From Clostridia bacterium (lineage in GTDB: Bacteria > Bacillota > Clostridia > Oscillospirales > CAG-272): DNA of 64,000 nt. This document shows, piece by piece, positions 63,408 to 64,000 of the stretch; the first letter of the stretch is position 1, and the number at the start of each line of letters is the position of its first letter. The notes beneath the pieces are model-generated. The model did not search any database. It was not told where the DNA came from and saw nothing but the letters and a program-made list of their open reading frames with translations. A program made the translations under genes and the position numbers. The stretch spans positions 12,027 through 76,026 of the forward strand of contig JAFXJH010000136.1 in assembly GCA_017532425.1 (NCBI GenBank), read 5' to 3'.

Positions 63408-64000
63408 AATGAGCGCTCCTTTTCTCTTTCTCCGTTTATACGGCAGAGCTCTGCAATATCCTCTACAGTTACCGCATTGTCAAAATATCCCTTGGACATT
63501 CTTGACGCCGCAGTAGTGTAAAAATTGTTTTCTGAGAAAAATTCGCGGGGCGTACCGACAGAAACTATATCTCCGCGGAAGAAAAGTGCAGAGCGGTCGG
63601 AGCAGAGAGCAGCAAACTCAACGTCGTGCGTTACGATCACAACGGTCACGCCGCTTGCCTTCAGAGTGTGTACGATCTTGATCAAAGTGTTCTTTTTGTT
63701 TGCGTCAAGACCCTTTGTGGGCTCGTCCATCAGAATAATGCGGGGATTTGTTGCAAGCACCTTGGCAAGAGCTAAAAGCTGCTGCTCTCCGCCCGAAAGA
63801 TCGTACGGATGCTTGTCAAGCAGATGAGAAAGATCAAAAGGAAGCTTGCTTACGTCGGCTTTGGCATCGATCAGCTCTTCACGGACGGTATTTCGAAGGA
63901 ATAAGCTCTGAACGTCCTGCGGAAGCAGGGTAAGACAGTTCTGATAAAGAGTCTGACCGCTGTAATCGCTTATCTTTTTGCCGAAAATTTTTATCTTTCC
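63404..64000 (-). CDS. ABC-transporter ATP-binding protein (C-terminal part; 5' end outside the window)
   Basis: My own translation of the minus strand is open to nt 64000. It shows the ABC signature LSGGEQQLLALAK, Walker B IILMDEPTKGLD and H-loop VTHD. Confidence 0.85.
   Translation of the reverse strand, partial: GKIKIFGKKISDYSGQTLYQNCLTLLPQDVQSLFLRNTVREELIDAKADVSKLPFDLSHLLDKHPYDLSGGEQQLLALAKVLATNPRIILMDEPTKGLDANKKNTLIKIVHTLKASGVTVVIVTHDVEFAALCSDRSALFFRGDIVSVGTPREFFSENNFYTTAASRMSKGYFDNAVTVEDIAELCRINGEREKERSL

Noticed and set aside
1-64000. Prophage, IS element, integrase or known defence-system genes, including at the tRNA-Gly/tRNA-Arg locus
   Set aside because: No recombinase, transposase, capsid, terminase, restriction-modification, Cas, reverse transcriptase, or toxin-antitoxin-like ORF was recognisable. 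The genes after the tRNAs are an ordinary ECF sigma/anti-sigma pair.

Overview
This is a low-GC Firmicutes/Clostridia chromosomal segment. The taxon is inferred from a Bacillus-like sporulation sigma-G, AAAGGA/GGAGG ribosome-binding sites and the overall gene content. From 1 to 10.4 kb (+ strand) there is a division/cell-wall (dcw) cluster: PBP(PASTA)-murE-murF-mraY-ftsW-murG-ftsQ-ftsZ, with no murD or ftsA in their usual slots. From 10.5 to 24.1 kb there is a CarD-like regulator, an XRE regulator, a recently duplicated pair of Asp-box (BNR) beta-propeller genes, sigG, and an ECF-type sigma with a long C-terminal extension. This block ends with a 1891-aa surface protein made of a LamG domain, a metallophosphoesterase domain, 10 tandem pilin-isopeptide-type domains and a TM anchor. 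From 24 to 40 kb the genes are mostly housekeeping or stress-related: DUF1015, MarR plus an ABC exporter, an OmpR/HisKA two-component system plus HtrA, galM, a fumarase beta subunit without its alpha partner, asnA, a guanylate-kinase fusion and a heterodimeric ABC exporter. The segment from 39.9 to 42.1 kb has atypical codon usage. It carries an XRE-TPR regulator, a GC-rich multi-hairpin noncoding block, a palindromic repeat element (a second copy lies at 33.15 kb) and a small PH-like membrane protein. From 42.1 to 44.4 kb there is a three-gene operon of uncharacterised membrane proteins behind a consensus promoter. From 44.5 to 58.2 kb the genes are glycan-related: AraC, a cytoplasmic Asp-box propeller and a DHDPS/NAL-family lyase, then tRNA-Ser, a G1P-dehydrogenase-like gene and an IPMS/homocitrate-synthase-family gene. 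This block continues with a second pair of Asp-box lipoproteins, a Gfo/Idh/MocA oxidoreductase, a GDPD and a GH2. From 58.3 to 64 kb there are small genes, tRNA-Gly and tRNA-Arg, an ECF sigma/anti-sigma pair, and an ABC ATPase with its membrane component, which runs off the window. I saw no CRISPR array, integrase, transposase, phage module or recognisable defence system. All functional calls rest on motif and family recognition by eye; no database search was run.
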